Below are positions 40,801 through 50,986 of a DNA stretch of 64,000 nt, in pieces; position 1 is the stretch's first letter; each line of letters begins with the position of its first letter. Location: sequence record SRR31156797_2307. One strand, 5' to 3'. Made by a program: the position numbers and the translations under genes. The notes beneath the pieces are model-generated. The model was given only the letters and a program-made list of their open reading frames with translations. It had not been told where the DNA came from and made no database searches.

Positions 40801-42246
40801 ATGAGAAATATAAAAAAAATAATTAAGTCCAGCAGCTTTCTCGAAAACAATGTTTTTTCGTTACGTTATCGACTAAGAGAATTATTGTTTTCTAAAGCTC
40901 CCGGTCATTTAGAAAAAGAGGTTATCCCTTTTCCCGAATCAGATTCGTTATTAAATACGTTTGACGATCTTCCTGACCTAAAAATTAAGTTTACCAAAAT
41001 TGATTTGTGCAATTCGTATAGTTTCAATGGTCTGTTTATCGATTTAGTAGATTTTTATTCAAAGACCAGAATTAGGTACAAGTTTTCGGTGCCATACATG
41101 ACCAAGATGATTAAACGTATGAGGTGCAAAATGCCAAAGACAAACTTGCCCAAAAATTTTAATTATTATTTTTTCTTTTTCGATTACGGAAATTTTAGAA
41201 TACCCCACACCGCGCATATTAGTCCCGATGGTTATTTAATGACAACCAACACCTATTATATAGCGCATATTGATACAAATACGGATAAAATAACTTACCT
41301 TCCTGAGAATTACGATAAAGAATTGTGGCTTTACAATGCCATGGGTGGCTTTTCGGCCGATTACAAATACTATTATTTTGTACGTTGGCCATATCAAGAC
41401 TTCTTTAAAATACGTAAAGATCATGCCAATAGAGCCAATGCACAGTTGGGGAGGATACATCTTGAAACAAAAAAAACAGAAATACTTAGCGAGCTAGCCA
41501 TTAGTGATCTTATTCATCAGATTGTTACTACCAAGGATGATAGATACGTTGTGTTTGTTACATTTTCGCATCAGTCAATTGAAAAATATCCTGATGTTTG
41601 GCCACACGAAGCCCCCGAGGCATATAAAAAATGTACAGATGCCGGTATAAAACTGGGCGATATAGTTACGTATGATTTAAAAACCGGTAAGCATTGGGAA
41701 GTACAATTACCTATTCCTTGTTTGGCACATGCCGAATTCGACCCTGGAGAACCATATGTTATGTACGCATCGGCTCATAACTTCTGTTATCATTGGATAG
41801 GGAATTATTGGGCAAGGTTAATTCCCGGGCCAGGTGGTATTTATAAACTAAGAATAAAAGATGAAAAAACCGAAATAGAAGGTTTATATACCGATGACGA
41901 CTTTTTTAGAGTTACCCAGCATCAGGTGTTTAGCTACAAGGGCAAAACGTTAATTGTTGCTACTACTACGGTATACAGACTCGTGATAATAGATGCTGAA
42001 ACTATGACTGTGTGGAGAAAAATTAAATACGGGGTTGATCCTCTTCCAAATCCAAAGAAATATGGTGTTACTATTGTTTCAGAGGAGGCTCCGCCAACAA
42101 TTTGCGTGTCTGACGATAGTAGATATATTGTTTTGGGGCTAACACATAAATACCTGTTTTATGATATTGAAAACGATAAAATGCTAGATTGTATCATACA
42201 CCTTGGTAAAAGAGGAAGAGGACACGCAATTAATTTTTATAAGTAA
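40801..42246 (+). CDS. Uncharacterised His-rich putative beta-propeller protein (paralogue A)
   Basis: 481 aa, beta-strand-like aromatic pattern with repeated S.DG/FS.D/DD.Y turns; clear paralogy to 44771..46186 and 42760..43593. Confidence 0.7.
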   Translation: MRNIKKIIKSSSFLENNVFSLRYRLRELLFSKAPGHLEKEVIPFPESDSLLNTFDDLPDLKIKFTKIDLCNSYSFNGLFIDLVDFYSKTRIRYKFSVPYMTKMIKRMRCKMPKTNLPKNFNYYFFFFDYGNFRIPHTAHISPDGYLMTTNTYYIAHIDTNTDKITYLPENYDKELWLYNAMGGFSADYKYYYFVRWPYQDFFKIRKDHANRANAQLGRIHLETKKTEILSELAISDLIHQIVTTKDDRYVVFVTFSHQSIEKYPDVWPHEAPEAYKKCTDAGIKLGDIVTYDLKTGKHWEVQLPIPCLAHAEFDPGEPYVMYASAHNFCYHWIGNYWARLIPGPGGIYKLRIKDEKTEIEGLYTDDDFFRVTQHQVFSYKGKTLIVATTTVYRLVIIDAETMTVWRKIKYGVDPLPNPKKYGVTIVSEEAPPTICVSDDSRYIVLGLTHKYLFYDIENDKMLDCIIHLGKRGRGHAINFYK

Positions 42247-42419
42247 TACATGATTGTATTATTTCGAATTATTAAAAAAAATCAGGAAAATGAAACAAGC
42301 ATGGTTAAAATAATTATTAGCAAACGCTAAAATGATTGTTTTTATTATATGTTTCCATCTGACAATCAGTTAACTAATAATAAAATACAACCAGGTGAAA
42401 AAACATTTAAAATACATCA

Positions 42420-43593
42420 AACGAAGGACAATTGAAACGTTTTATAACAAAAAAACCGGGGCTCTTGTAGTTACTAAATTACCATTCCCGAAAGGAATGA
42501 ATTTACTAAATCGTACGCCTTCGAAAGTTATTTTAATGGACACAGAATTGTACCTCATCAATGTCATGTAAACAAAGATGGTATAGTTTGCACGGCGAAT
42601 GCAATTCATCTTGTACATATCGATACCAATACAAACGAGTGTACTTTTCTACCAAAAAATTACGACTCGGAACTTTATGTTTATACTGCCAGTAGTGATT
42701 TTTCTCCTGACCATAAATATTGGTATTTTATAAGGTGTAATTTCACTGATTATGTCGATATGTTAAACAAGGATAAAGAATATGCCGAATATGAGATATG
42801 TAAGCTTAATGTAATAACAAAGGAAATTGAGGTAATACGAAAGTTCAATAATAATTTGTCTATTCATCATGTTGGCTGTTGCCACAACAACAGATACCTT
42901 TCATTTGCGCCGTCGCCTACCAATGCCAAAAAAAAGTATCCGCAAGTATTTAAAGAAGATGATATTGAAGGGTACAAAGAAGTACATGATGCTGGTATTG
43001 AAAAAGGGAAAATTGTAATATACGATATGCAAGAAGAGCAATTTATGGAAAAGGAGGTTTCGGCTCCAATACCTGGGCATACTGAATTTGATCCGTTTGA
43101 AAGAAATATCGTTTATTTATTCTGTCATAATTTTCTTTTTAATATAGTTAATAAAGAGTTTTACAGGGTTTTAGAAGGCCTAGGTGCAATATATAAATAC
43201 AAAATCGATAATGGAAATCTTGAACTGTTGGGAGAATATACCGACTATGATTTTTACCGACTAACACAATATTCTCTTTATCGGTACAAAAGCAAAGATC
43301 TTATAGCTGTAAGTACTACACCTTTCAGACTTTCAATTATTGATGCGAATAAAATGGATTTGGATCGCAGGATTAAAGTGCGACCTTTTCCTATTCCTGA
43401 TATTAGTAAAACAGGTAGCAATATTGCTGTAAAAGAGCCTCCTCTAACTATTAATCTCTCATCTAACAAGCGGTATATATTATTGGGCTGGGCACATGGT
43501 CACTGTATTTACGATTATGAAACCGACGATTTTCTCGATTTAAGTTTCACAATAGGTAAAAGAGGCATTGGGCATACGACCGATTTTGCTTAA
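42420..43593 (+). pseudogene. Eroded His-rich propeller paralogue B (5' end disrupted; left boundary approximate)
   Basis: The frame of ORF 42760 is open from 42478 (HRIVPHQCHVNKDG...FLPKNYD...FSPDHKYWYFIR) and homologous to the paralogues; further upstream homology (EGQLKRFITKKPGLL*) is in another frame and contains a stop. Confidence 0.75.
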
Positions 43594-43662
43594 AAAAGCA
43601 ATCATTGTATAAGTATTTAAGATTATTCTATTAATAATAAACCCATTAAAATAATATAAGAT

Positions 43663-44763
43663 ATGACAGCGGAGATACAAGTAAAAAAAAATAGGCAAGT
43701 TATAGTAAAAGAGGCTATTAATGAAGTTTATATTTCTTCAAACATAAACTCACAAGAAGATTTTGATGAGTTTGCTGAATTATTGTTGGAGCTAATTGAA
43801 AAGGAAAATATCTCTATTGTTCAAAGCTTTGTTTTTGCAGGAACTAATCACTATCAAAATTATATTGATACTTTTAAAAATAAAGGAATAGATGTTCCTC
43901 CTTTTACGTGGATTTCAAATGGAGATCAAAACAGTATTTATGGTATACAAATGTTGGGAATAAAAGATGGTGTTCAAGCAACAATTAAAGAAAACAATCA
44001 ACTACTTGGGTTCGAATATTCTGATGATTTTGTTGAGTATTGCCATTTTAATGGTATAGTTCCTAAAGATGGTATTTCTTCTGGAGCAGATCATACTACA
44101 TCGGTACTTACCCAAACAGCTGATTTGTTGGAAAAACAAGGCATGCAATGGACTGATGTAATTCGTACATGGTTTTATAATAAAGATATTTTAGATTGGT
44201 ACGATGTATTTAACAAGGTTAGAACAGACTATTATAATGGTAAAAAGATATTTGAAAATATTATACCTGCCAGTACCGGTATCGATGGTTGTAATCATAA
44301 AGAAAAGCACCTTACATTAGGTTTGTTGTCGGTGAAGAAACGAAACGATCAGGTTGTTTTCAAAGAAGTTGATTCTCCTTTACAAGGATCGGCTTGTGAT
44401 TATGGTAGTTCGTTTAGCAGAGCTACTGAAATAAATACACCGCAGTATCGGAAGGTGTATGTTTCAGGTACAGCTAGTATCGACAAAATTGGTGATACCA
44501 TTCATTTAAATGATACAGTGAAACAGGTTCAACAAACAATGGCTACAGTTAAGGAAATTTTGGAAACTGTTGAAATGTCGTTCGAAAACATCACGAGGGC
44601 TACTGCATATTGCAAAACAATTGAGGTTTTCGATTATATGAAAAAATATGTTCAAAAAAACAATATCGATCATTTACCAATTGTTGTTACCAGAAATATT
44701 ATTTGTCGCGATAATTTGCTGTTTGAACTTGAGGTTGATGCCATAAGTCTTAAAACAACATAA
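43663..44763 (+). CDS. Rid/YjgF-superfamily multidomain protein, FkbO/Hyg5 chorismatase-like
   Basis: RTWFY...Y..FN.VR, PASTGI, SFSRA, VSGTASID and ICR..LLFE.E motifs. Confidence 0.7.
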   Translation: MTAEIQVKKNRQVIVKEAINEVYISSNINSQEDFDEFAELLLELIEKENISIVQSFVFAGTNHYQNYIDTFKNKGIDVPPFTWISNGDQNSIYGIQMLGIKDGVQATIKENNQLLGFEYSDDFVEYCHFNGIVPKDGISSGADHTTSVLTQTADLLEKQGMQWTDVIRTWFYNKDILDWYDVFNKVRTDYYNGKKIFENIIPASTGIDGCNHKEKHLTLGLLSVKKRNDQVVFKEVDSPLQGSACDYGSSFSRATEINTPQYRKVYVSGTASIDKIGDTIHLNDTVKQVQQTMATVKEILETVEMSFENITRATAYCKTIEVFDYMKKYVQKNNIDHLPIVVTRNIICRDNLLFELEVDAISLKTT

Positions 44764-44770
44764 AAATTTC

Positions 44771-46186
44771 ATGATTGCATATGTTAAAAAGTTGGTAAAT
44801 AATAATGTAGTTCTGCACGATCTGAAATCGTTATTGGTTTTCAGAGCTAAGGAATTTCTATATGCAAAGAAAGTAGGTAGTCTTTCTAAAGTCGTATTTG
44901 ATTTCCCTACGGTTAAAGGATTGCCCAAGATCGATTGCAAATTTCTTAATTCAGATATCTGTCATGATTTTAGTTTCAACGGATCGGCCATAGATGTTAT
45001 CGATTTCAACAATAAAAAAGTAGAACGTTATTTAACCACAGCTCCCAGACTTTCACGTGCAATTAAACTTAGTAAAAAGACTGTAAAACGGGGCAATATG
45101 CCAAAAGGATTGGGTTATTTTGCATATTTTGATGCACATAAAATTACCCCGCATACTTGTCATTTATCTCCAAATGGTTATTTATTGGCAACCAATAAAT
45201 ACTATATCTATTTTATCGATACAAAAAGCAATAAGCTATATATTCTGCCGGGAAATTACGATAAACGGTTGATGCTTTATTGCGATACAGGAGGTTTTTC
45301 GCCAGACTATAAATATTGGTATTTTGTTCGTTGGCCTTATGAAGATACCATGGCAATACGAGCCAATAAAAGAGAAAGGGCACGTTGTGAGATTTGTCGT
45401 GTTGAATTAGAAACCCGCGAAATTGAAATAATTGATGTAATTGATTATTTCGACGATGTGCATCAAGTTGCCTTATCGAGCGACAATAAATATCTTTTGT
45501 TTACAACCTTTATGCAAGTACCGCATGTGCCGTATCCAAACGATATTTCTATTGAAAAGAATGCCAATGGATACAAAAAAAGCCATCAGAGTGGTTTAAA
45601 GATGGCAACCATGGTAACTTATAACCTGGAAACAAAGAGTTATAAAGAAACAGATGTTCCGGTACCTGTTCCGGCTCATTTTGAGTTCGACCCAAATCTT
45701 ATACATGTATGTTACTTATCTGCACATAACTTTGTCTTTCATAAAAACAAGGTAGTTCTCGAAGGTTCAGGCAAACTTTTTAGGGTTCAGATTAACGACG
45801 GTAAGGTGCTTTTAACACATGGATACTCAAACCAGGAATTTTTTCGGATACAAAACCATACAGTATTTATGTACAATGGTAAAACGTATGTGGGCATCTC
45901 AACCACTCCTTTTAAATTCGAACTAATTGATGCAGAGGATTTAACGGTGTGGAGAAAAATACGTATTTTCCCTGATCCTCCGCCTGATTTGAGCCTTACA
46001 GGAAACGCGTTATGGAAAGGTGGTCCGCCACTAACCCTAAACACTTCTTCTGATGGTAAATATATAGTGTGTGGTATGCAACAGTTTTTTGGAATTTATG
46101 ACGTTGAAAACGAGGCAATGTTAGACGTTTTATTGCCACTTCCAAAAGGACGGGGACAAGGACATACAAGAGATTTGGGTAAATAA
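44771..46186 (+). CDS. Uncharacterised His-rich putative beta-propeller protein (paralogue C)
   Basis: 471 aa; PHTCH, GGFSPDYKYWYFVRWPY, HQ, PAHFEFDP, SAHNF and GRGQGH shared with paralogue A. Confidence 0.7.
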   Translation: MIAYVKKLVNNNVVLHDLKSLLVFRAKEFLYAKKVGSLSKVVFDFPTVKGLPKIDCKFLNSDICHDFSFNGSAIDVIDFNNKKVERYLTTAPRLSRAIKLSKKTVKRGNMPKGLGYFAYFDAHKITPHTCHLSPNGYLLATNKYYIYFIDTKSNKLYILPGNYDKRLMLYCDTGGFSPDYKYWYFVRWPYEDTMAIRANKRERARCEICRVELETREIEIIDVIDYFDDVHQVALSSDNKYLLFTTFMQVPHVPYPNDISIEKNANGYKKSHQSGLKMATMVTYNLETKSYKETDVPVPVPAHFEFDPNLIHVCYLSAHNFVFHKNKVVLEGSGKLFRVQINDGKVLLTHGYSNQEFFRIQNHTVFMYNGKTYVGISTTPFKFELIDAEDLTVWRKIRIFPDPPPDLSLTGNALWKGGPPLTLNTSSDGKYIVCGMQQFFGIYDVENEAMLDVLLPLPKGRGQGHTRDLGK

Positions 46187-46271
46187 TTGTAACCAGCAAT
46201 TTATAAATTCAATTCGTATTCAAATTTTATAAATTTAATTATATTTAAAACACGTATAAAATATAAAAAAT

Positions 46272-46949
46272 ATGATAAAGATAGAAAATCTCACCAAGGT
46301 GTTTTTAACCGACGAGGTAGAAACAACCGCGTTAAATGATATAAAAATACATATTAAAGAAAAAGAGTTTGTAGCAATAATGGGACCTTCGGGGTGTGGA
46401 AAATCAACAATGCTTAATATTTTAGGTTTAATAGATAATCCAACAAGTGGTCTTTATTATTTTGGCGGAGTTGAAGTTTCAAAATTTAATGAAAGACAAT
46501 GCGCCAATATGAGAAAAGGAAACATCGGGTTTATATTTCAAAGTTTTAACTTAATTGATGAATTGTCTGTTTATGATAATGTTGAACTTCCTCTATTGTA
46601 TTTAAAAGTACCGAAATCTGAACGAAAAGAACGTGTTTATCAAGTACTCGACAGGATGGATATTACACATCGTACAAAACATTTTCCACAGCAATTGTCA
46701 GGAGGTCAGCAGCAAAGGGTAGCTGTTGCTAGGGCATTGGTTACAAACCCCAAAGTAATTCTTGCTGATGAGCCAACTGGTAATCTCGATTCGAAAAATG
46801 GAGATGAGGTTATGAGAATGTTGGAAGAATTGAACCAGGAAGGTACAACTATAGTAATGGTAACCCACTCGAAATCGCATGCAGAAAGGGCACACAGAAC
46901 CATTAACCTGTTTGATGGAAAAGTTTCAGACAATTCAATCGAAATATAA
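46272..46949 (+). CDS. ABC transporter ATP-binding protein (MacB/LolD-like)
   Basis: GPSGCGKST, LSGGQQQR, ADEPTGNLD and VTH. Confidence 0.95.
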   Translation: MIKIENLTKVFLTDEVETTALNDIKIHIKEKEFVAIMGPSGCGKSTMLNILGLIDNPTSGLYYFGGVEVSKFNERQCANMRKGNIGFIFQSFNLIDELSVYDNVELPLLYLKVPKSERKERVYQVLDRMDITHRTKHFPQQLSGGQQQRVAVARALVTNPKVILADEPTGNLDSKNGDEVMRMLEELNQEGTTIVMVTHSKSHAERAHRTINLFDGKVSDNSIEI

Positions 46950-47023
46950 AAATTGGAAAATTACCTGTGTATATTAGTATTTATACACGAAATAGTATTT
47001 TTTTGGCTTAAAAAGGTGTCAAA

Positions 47024-47803
47024 GTGACGAATCAAATTAAAATTTTATTTACTAATTTTGATGAACCTCTTTCTGATGTTTTATATGGAAAATATTTCGA
47101 TCTGCTACCAATAGATCAGAAAGAAAAAAATGAACGATTTATACGATGGCAAGACAGACATTCACATTTATTTGGAAGGCTATTGTTAAGAACCGGATTA
47201 GAATTGTATGTTCAAGAACCTAATTGTTTGGACGACCTGCAGTATAACAAATATAATCGACCTTTCATTAACGAAGAAATTGATTTCAATATTTCACATT
47301 CAGGAATCTATGTGATATGTGCATTTGGTAAAGGTTTAAATCTTGGTGTTGACATTGAGAAAGTTCAAATTTTGGAATTAGAAGACTTCAATAAAGTAAT
47401 GACACAGGATCAATGGCAGGATATTAACAAAGATATGAATCCCATGTGGACTTTCTTTAAATATTGGACAATAAAGGAAAGCGTAATTAAAGCAGATAGT
47501 CGCGGATTGTCAATCCCTCTTGAGGATATACATGTTAAAAATAATCAAGTTTCTTATGATAATTCTACATGGTATCTCCATCAGTTAGATTTTGATCAGG
47601 AGTATTGCGCTTGTTTGGCAACGAATGTTCAAAATGTCGATGTTTCTTTCAAGTATATTGATTTTTATTCGGAGAATGGAGAATGGAACAAGGACAACGA
47701 CCCCACTTACGCTAAAGCTTTGGTGGAGGAAGAGATTAAGGCGACGGAAAACTGGAGACAAATAGTTTGTGCTAGATCAATGACTACTAATAACCGTATA
47801 TGA
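47024..47803 (+). CDS. Sfp-type 4'-phosphopantetheinyl transferase
   Basis: FNISHSG, GVDIE and WTIKESVIKA motifs; the last ~40 aa probably read through repeat-like DNA. Confidence 0.92.
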   Translation: MTNQIKILFTNFDEPLSDVLYGKYFDLLPIDQKEKNERFIRWQDRHSHLFGRLLLRTGLELYVQEPNCLDDLQYNKYNRPFINEEIDFNISHSGIYVICAFGKGLNLGVDIEKVQILELEDFNKVMTQDQWQDINKDMNPMWTFFKYWTIKESVIKADSRGLSIPLEDIHVKNNQVSYDNSTWYLHQLDFDQEYCACLATNVQNVDVSFKYIDFYSENGEWNKDNDPTYAKALVEEEIKATENWRQIVCARSMTTNNRI

Positions 47804-47824
47804 CAGCGAAGCCAAAAGATCAAT

Positions 47825-47860
47825 TATCCAATGACAAATAACAACTTTAGCTCACTCGTA
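47825..47860 (+). repeat. 36-nt direct repeat, copy 1 (upstream of the ABC-2 ATPase)
   Basis: TATCCAATGACAAATAACAACTTTAGCTCACTCGTA; 33/36 identical to 48791..48826. Confidence 0.85.
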
Positions 47861-47882
47861 TTTCAAAACTTGTAACTTAAAA

Positions 47883-48761
47883 ATGATTACCGCCGAAAAT
47901 ATATACATGCATTATCCAGTGCCTAAAAAGTACATTGAGTATATAACCAAACCATTTAAACAAGATAGTTTTACTGCCCTTCATGGACTGAATTTGAAAA
48001 TAGATACTGGAGACCGTGTAGCTTTCTTGGGCACAAACGGAGCAGGGAAAACAACCTTTTTAAAAATTATCGGAGGTCTTTTATATCCTACTTCGGGTAC
48101 ACTCGCTGTTAATGGGTATGATACGACCAAAGAAAATTTGAAAGCTCGCAATAATGTAGGTTTTGTGCTTAATGAAGAACGTAGCTTTTATTGGAGATTA
48201 ACAGGTAAGCAGAATTTAGAATTTTTCGGAACATTGGATAATTTGCAGGGTAATGAATTTCAACATAAAGTGCAAGAATTAATTAAACTTGTTGGTTTGG
48301 AAGATGCACAACACAAGTTATTTGCAGGATATTCTTCCGGTATGAAACAACGGTTGGCTATTGCCCGTGGATTATTATCTGACCCTGATATTCTGATTTT
48401 GGATGAACCAACCCGAACCTTAGATCCTATATCGGCAGAAGATATTTCCCACATTATTTCAGACCGAATACATAGCAAGAAAGGAAGAACCCTATTAATT
48501 GCCACACATAATTTAACAGAAGCACAAGCGCTATGCAATAAAGCATGTATAATGAAAAAAGGCAAAATATTGGTTTATTCAGAAATCGTAAAACTATTAG
48601 CTGAATATGGTTCATTGGAAAGATGTTATAAAACATTAATTGGGTCGGAGAAGAAAGACAGGAACATAAAGAAAGTGTTAGAGGAGAAAAGAGCATGGAA
48701 ACAGGAGACAGAAACTCCCATTACAATCAATGACATAATGACAAACAATGTCAACAAATGA
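47883..48761 (+). CDS. ABC-2 type exporter ATP-binding protein
   Basis: GTNGAGKTT, YSSGMKQR, LDEPT and ATH. Confidence 0.93.
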   Translation: MITAENIYMHYPVPKKYIEYITKPFKQDSFTALHGLNLKIDTGDRVAFLGTNGAGKTTFLKIIGGLLYPTSGTLAVNGYDTTKENLKARNNVGFVLNEERSFYWRLTGKQNLEFFGTLDNLQGNEFQHKVQELIKLVGLEDAQHKLFAGYSSGMKQRLAIARGLLSDPDILILDEPTRTLDPISAEDISHIISDRIHSKKGRTLLIATHNLTEAQALCNKACIMKKGKILVYSEIVKLLAEYGSLERCYKTLIGSEKKDRNIKKVLEEKRAWKQETETPITINDIMTNNVNK

Positions 48762-48790
48762 CTATCCATGACCAGTAACTAATGACCAAA

Positions 48791-48826
48791 TATCCAATAA
48801 CAAAAAATAACTTTAGCTCACTCGTA
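48791..48826 (+). repeat. 36-nt direct repeat, copy 2 (upstream of the ABC-2 permease)
   Basis: TATCCAATAACAAAAAATAACTTTAGCTCACTCGTA, preceded by AATGAC/ATGAC iterations and followed by (T/C)GTAAC iterations. Confidence 0.85.
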
Positions 48827-48855
48827 ATTTGTAACTTTTAACTCGTAACTTTTTT

Positions 48856-49671
48856 ATGACTAAATTATACAAAGCAAAAGCCTTTATAAAACGTGATTTC
48901 ACCATTCTACTAAGCTATAAAATGGCTCTCATCACAACAACAATGGGAACAATTTTCCCTTTATTGACTTATTTTTTTATTTCAAAATTAGTTCCGGACG
49001 GAACTTCACAAGTAGGACTAGCCCAATTTGGTGGCGATTACTTTTCATTTACGTTAATAGGCATTGCATTTACAACTTATTTTGTCATGGCTGTTCAGGA
49101 ATTTTCAGCAACTACGCGACGCGATCAAATGGCTGGCTGTTTGGAAGCTCTGTTAAGTTCGCAAACAGATATGAAATCAATAATTTTCATGTCGGCCTTA
49201 TTTAAATTTATCCACAACGGAACCGTCCTGATATTTATGTTTCTGGTGTCTGCATTGTTTTTAGGTTTTGATTTTTCTAATACTAATATCCCTTCCTTGC
49301 TAATCACAATATTCCTTTCCATGATTGTATTTATTAGCTTAGGTATTTTTTCAGCTGCTGGTACAATCATATTTAAGCAAGGAGAGCCGTTTGGATTGAT
49401 TTTTGGGTCATTAAGTTCCCTGCTGGGAGGAGCTGTATTCCCAATTGCACTTTTGCCTGCCGGATTAAAGATCGTATCAGTTATTATCCCCATTACTTAT
49501 TCATTAGATGCGTTACGTTTATCCATTTTAAAAGGATATTCAATAGCAATGCTCTCTAAAGAACTAATAATTCTTGGATCTATAGCATTAATAATTCTTC
49601 CAATGAGTTTAATCTTTTTTGAATGGGCTGTGGAAAAAGGCAAAAGAGAGGGGACATTGATGCAATACTAA
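48856..49671 (+). CDS. ABC-2 type exporter permease
   Basis: About six TM helices, G.LE.LL, GGAVFPIALLP, PITYSLDALR and C-terminal REGTL..Y. Confidence 0.9.
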   Translation: MTKLYKAKAFIKRDFTILLSYKMALITTTMGTIFPLLTYFFISKLVPDGTSQVGLAQFGGDYFSFTLIGIAFTTYFVMAVQEFSATTRRDQMAGCLEALLSSQTDMKSIIFMSALFKFIHNGTVLIFMFLVSALFLGFDFSNTNIPSLLITIFLSMIVFISLGIFSAAGTIIFKQGEPFGLIFGSLSSLLGGAVFPIALLPAGLKIVSVIIPITYSLDALRLSILKGYSIAMLSKELIILGSIALIILPMSLIFFEWAVEKGKREGTLMQY

Positions 49672-49732
49672 TTAAAATAAACCCAAATAAGTACAGCTTG
49701 TTTACTTAAGCTATAAATATAAACCTACAGGA

Positions 49733-50986
49733 ATGGATAAATTAAGAAAAAAGAAACCCTGGATACAACGATATATCTGGTATGTAATTATTAGTGCAGC
49801 TATATTAGTCTTAACAATAAACCAGTTAGCTTTCGCTGATCATAGTTCTAAACTAAATGTTGACATTGAAAAATTAAGTGTTAAGAGTGTTAAGTATGAT
49901 ACATTTCAAGAATATATAAGTTTGAATGGTACGGTTGAACCCATTAGAGCAATAAGTATTTTGCCATTAGTAGGAGGAAAAGTTGAAGAGAAACTAAAAG
50001 AGGAGGGTGATACAGTAAAGCGGAATGATGTTATTTTGAGATTAAAAAATCCCGAACTTGAGCAGATGATAATTGACCTTAGGGCCGAATTAGATAGAGA
50101 AAAAGTAGGCTTGCGCCAAAGTGTGATTAATGAGGAAAAGAAAAGGGCAGACTTAAAAAGTCAATTATTGGAGATGGAGTTTTCAATAAATAATGAGAGG
50201 AGAAGTTTTGAAGAAAGAGAGTATGAGTTTAATAAAGGAATGATTCCTAAAAATAGTTATTTAAAGGCTAAAGAATCCTATGAATACGCTCTAAAGAAGA
50301 ATAATATATTAATTAAGAATATTCAAAGAGATTCTATACTTAGTGAATTAAATATTGAATTACTAAAAAATAAACTAAAACAAAAAGAAGAAAATTTCAG
50401 AATCGAGGAACGAAAGTTAGATAACCTTAATGTTAAGGTTCCTTTAGATGGTCGATTAAGTTCGTTGGAAGTGGAGTTAGGAGGTCAATTGGTAAAAAAC
50501 CAAAAGATTGGTTATATAAGAGATTTATCAGATTTGAAAATAGTTGCTTCTATAGATGAGCATTATTCAAGTAGAATTAGTGAAGAATTGAGAGCAACTT
50601 GTGAGGTAAATAATCAACCCTATAGTGTTTACATTGACAAAGTATCTTCGGAAGTTGTTAATGGTAAGTTTCAGATAGAATTATTATTTGATAAGGAACG
50701 ACCCGATATGATAAGAGTAGGACAATCGTATAGGATTATATTACAGCTAGGAGAGCCAAAGCAGTCCCTGCTTATCCCAAGGGGAGGATTTTATCAAAGT
50801 ACAGGAGGTCAATGGATTTTTGTAATAGATAAAACAGAAGAATATGCCTATAAAAAAGAGATAAAATTAGGCAGGCAAAACCCATCTTGCTATGAAGTCA
50901 TAGAAGGATTAGAATCAGGAGATAAAGTTATCGTGTCCGGTTATGAGAATTATGGTGATGTTGAAAAACTAGTGTTAAAGAAATGA
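49733..50986 (+). CDS. Efflux transporter periplasmic adaptor subunit (HlyD/MacA-like)
   Basis: N-terminal TM helix, lipoyl-like GGKVEE...EGD.V, coiled coil, GGFYQSTGGQWIFV and GLESGDKVIVSGY. Confidence 0.9.
   Translation: MDKLRKKKPWIQRYIWYVIISAAILVLTINQLAFADHSSKLNVDIEKLSVKSVKYDTFQEYISLNGTVEPIRAISILPLVGGKVEEKLKEEGDTVKRNDVILRLKNPELEQMIIDLRAELDREKVGLRQSVINEEKKRADLKSQLLEMEFSINNERRSFEEREYEFNKGMIPKNSYLKAKESYEYALKKNNILIKNIQRDSILSELNIELLKNKLKQKEENFRIEERKLDNLNVKVPLDGRLSSLEVELGGQLVKNQKIGYIRDLSDLKIVASIDEHYSSRISEELRATCEVNNQPYSVYIDKVSSEVVNGKFQIELLFDKERPDMIRVGQSYRIILQLGEPKQSLLIPRGGFYQSTGGQWIFVIDKTEEYAYKKEIKLGRQNPSCYEVIEGLESGDKVIVSGYENYGDVEKLVLKK

Noticed and set aside
47776-48855. Repeats as a CRISPR array
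   Set aside because: Only two 36-nt copies about 1 kb apart with a gene between them; no spacer periodicity and no cas genes.
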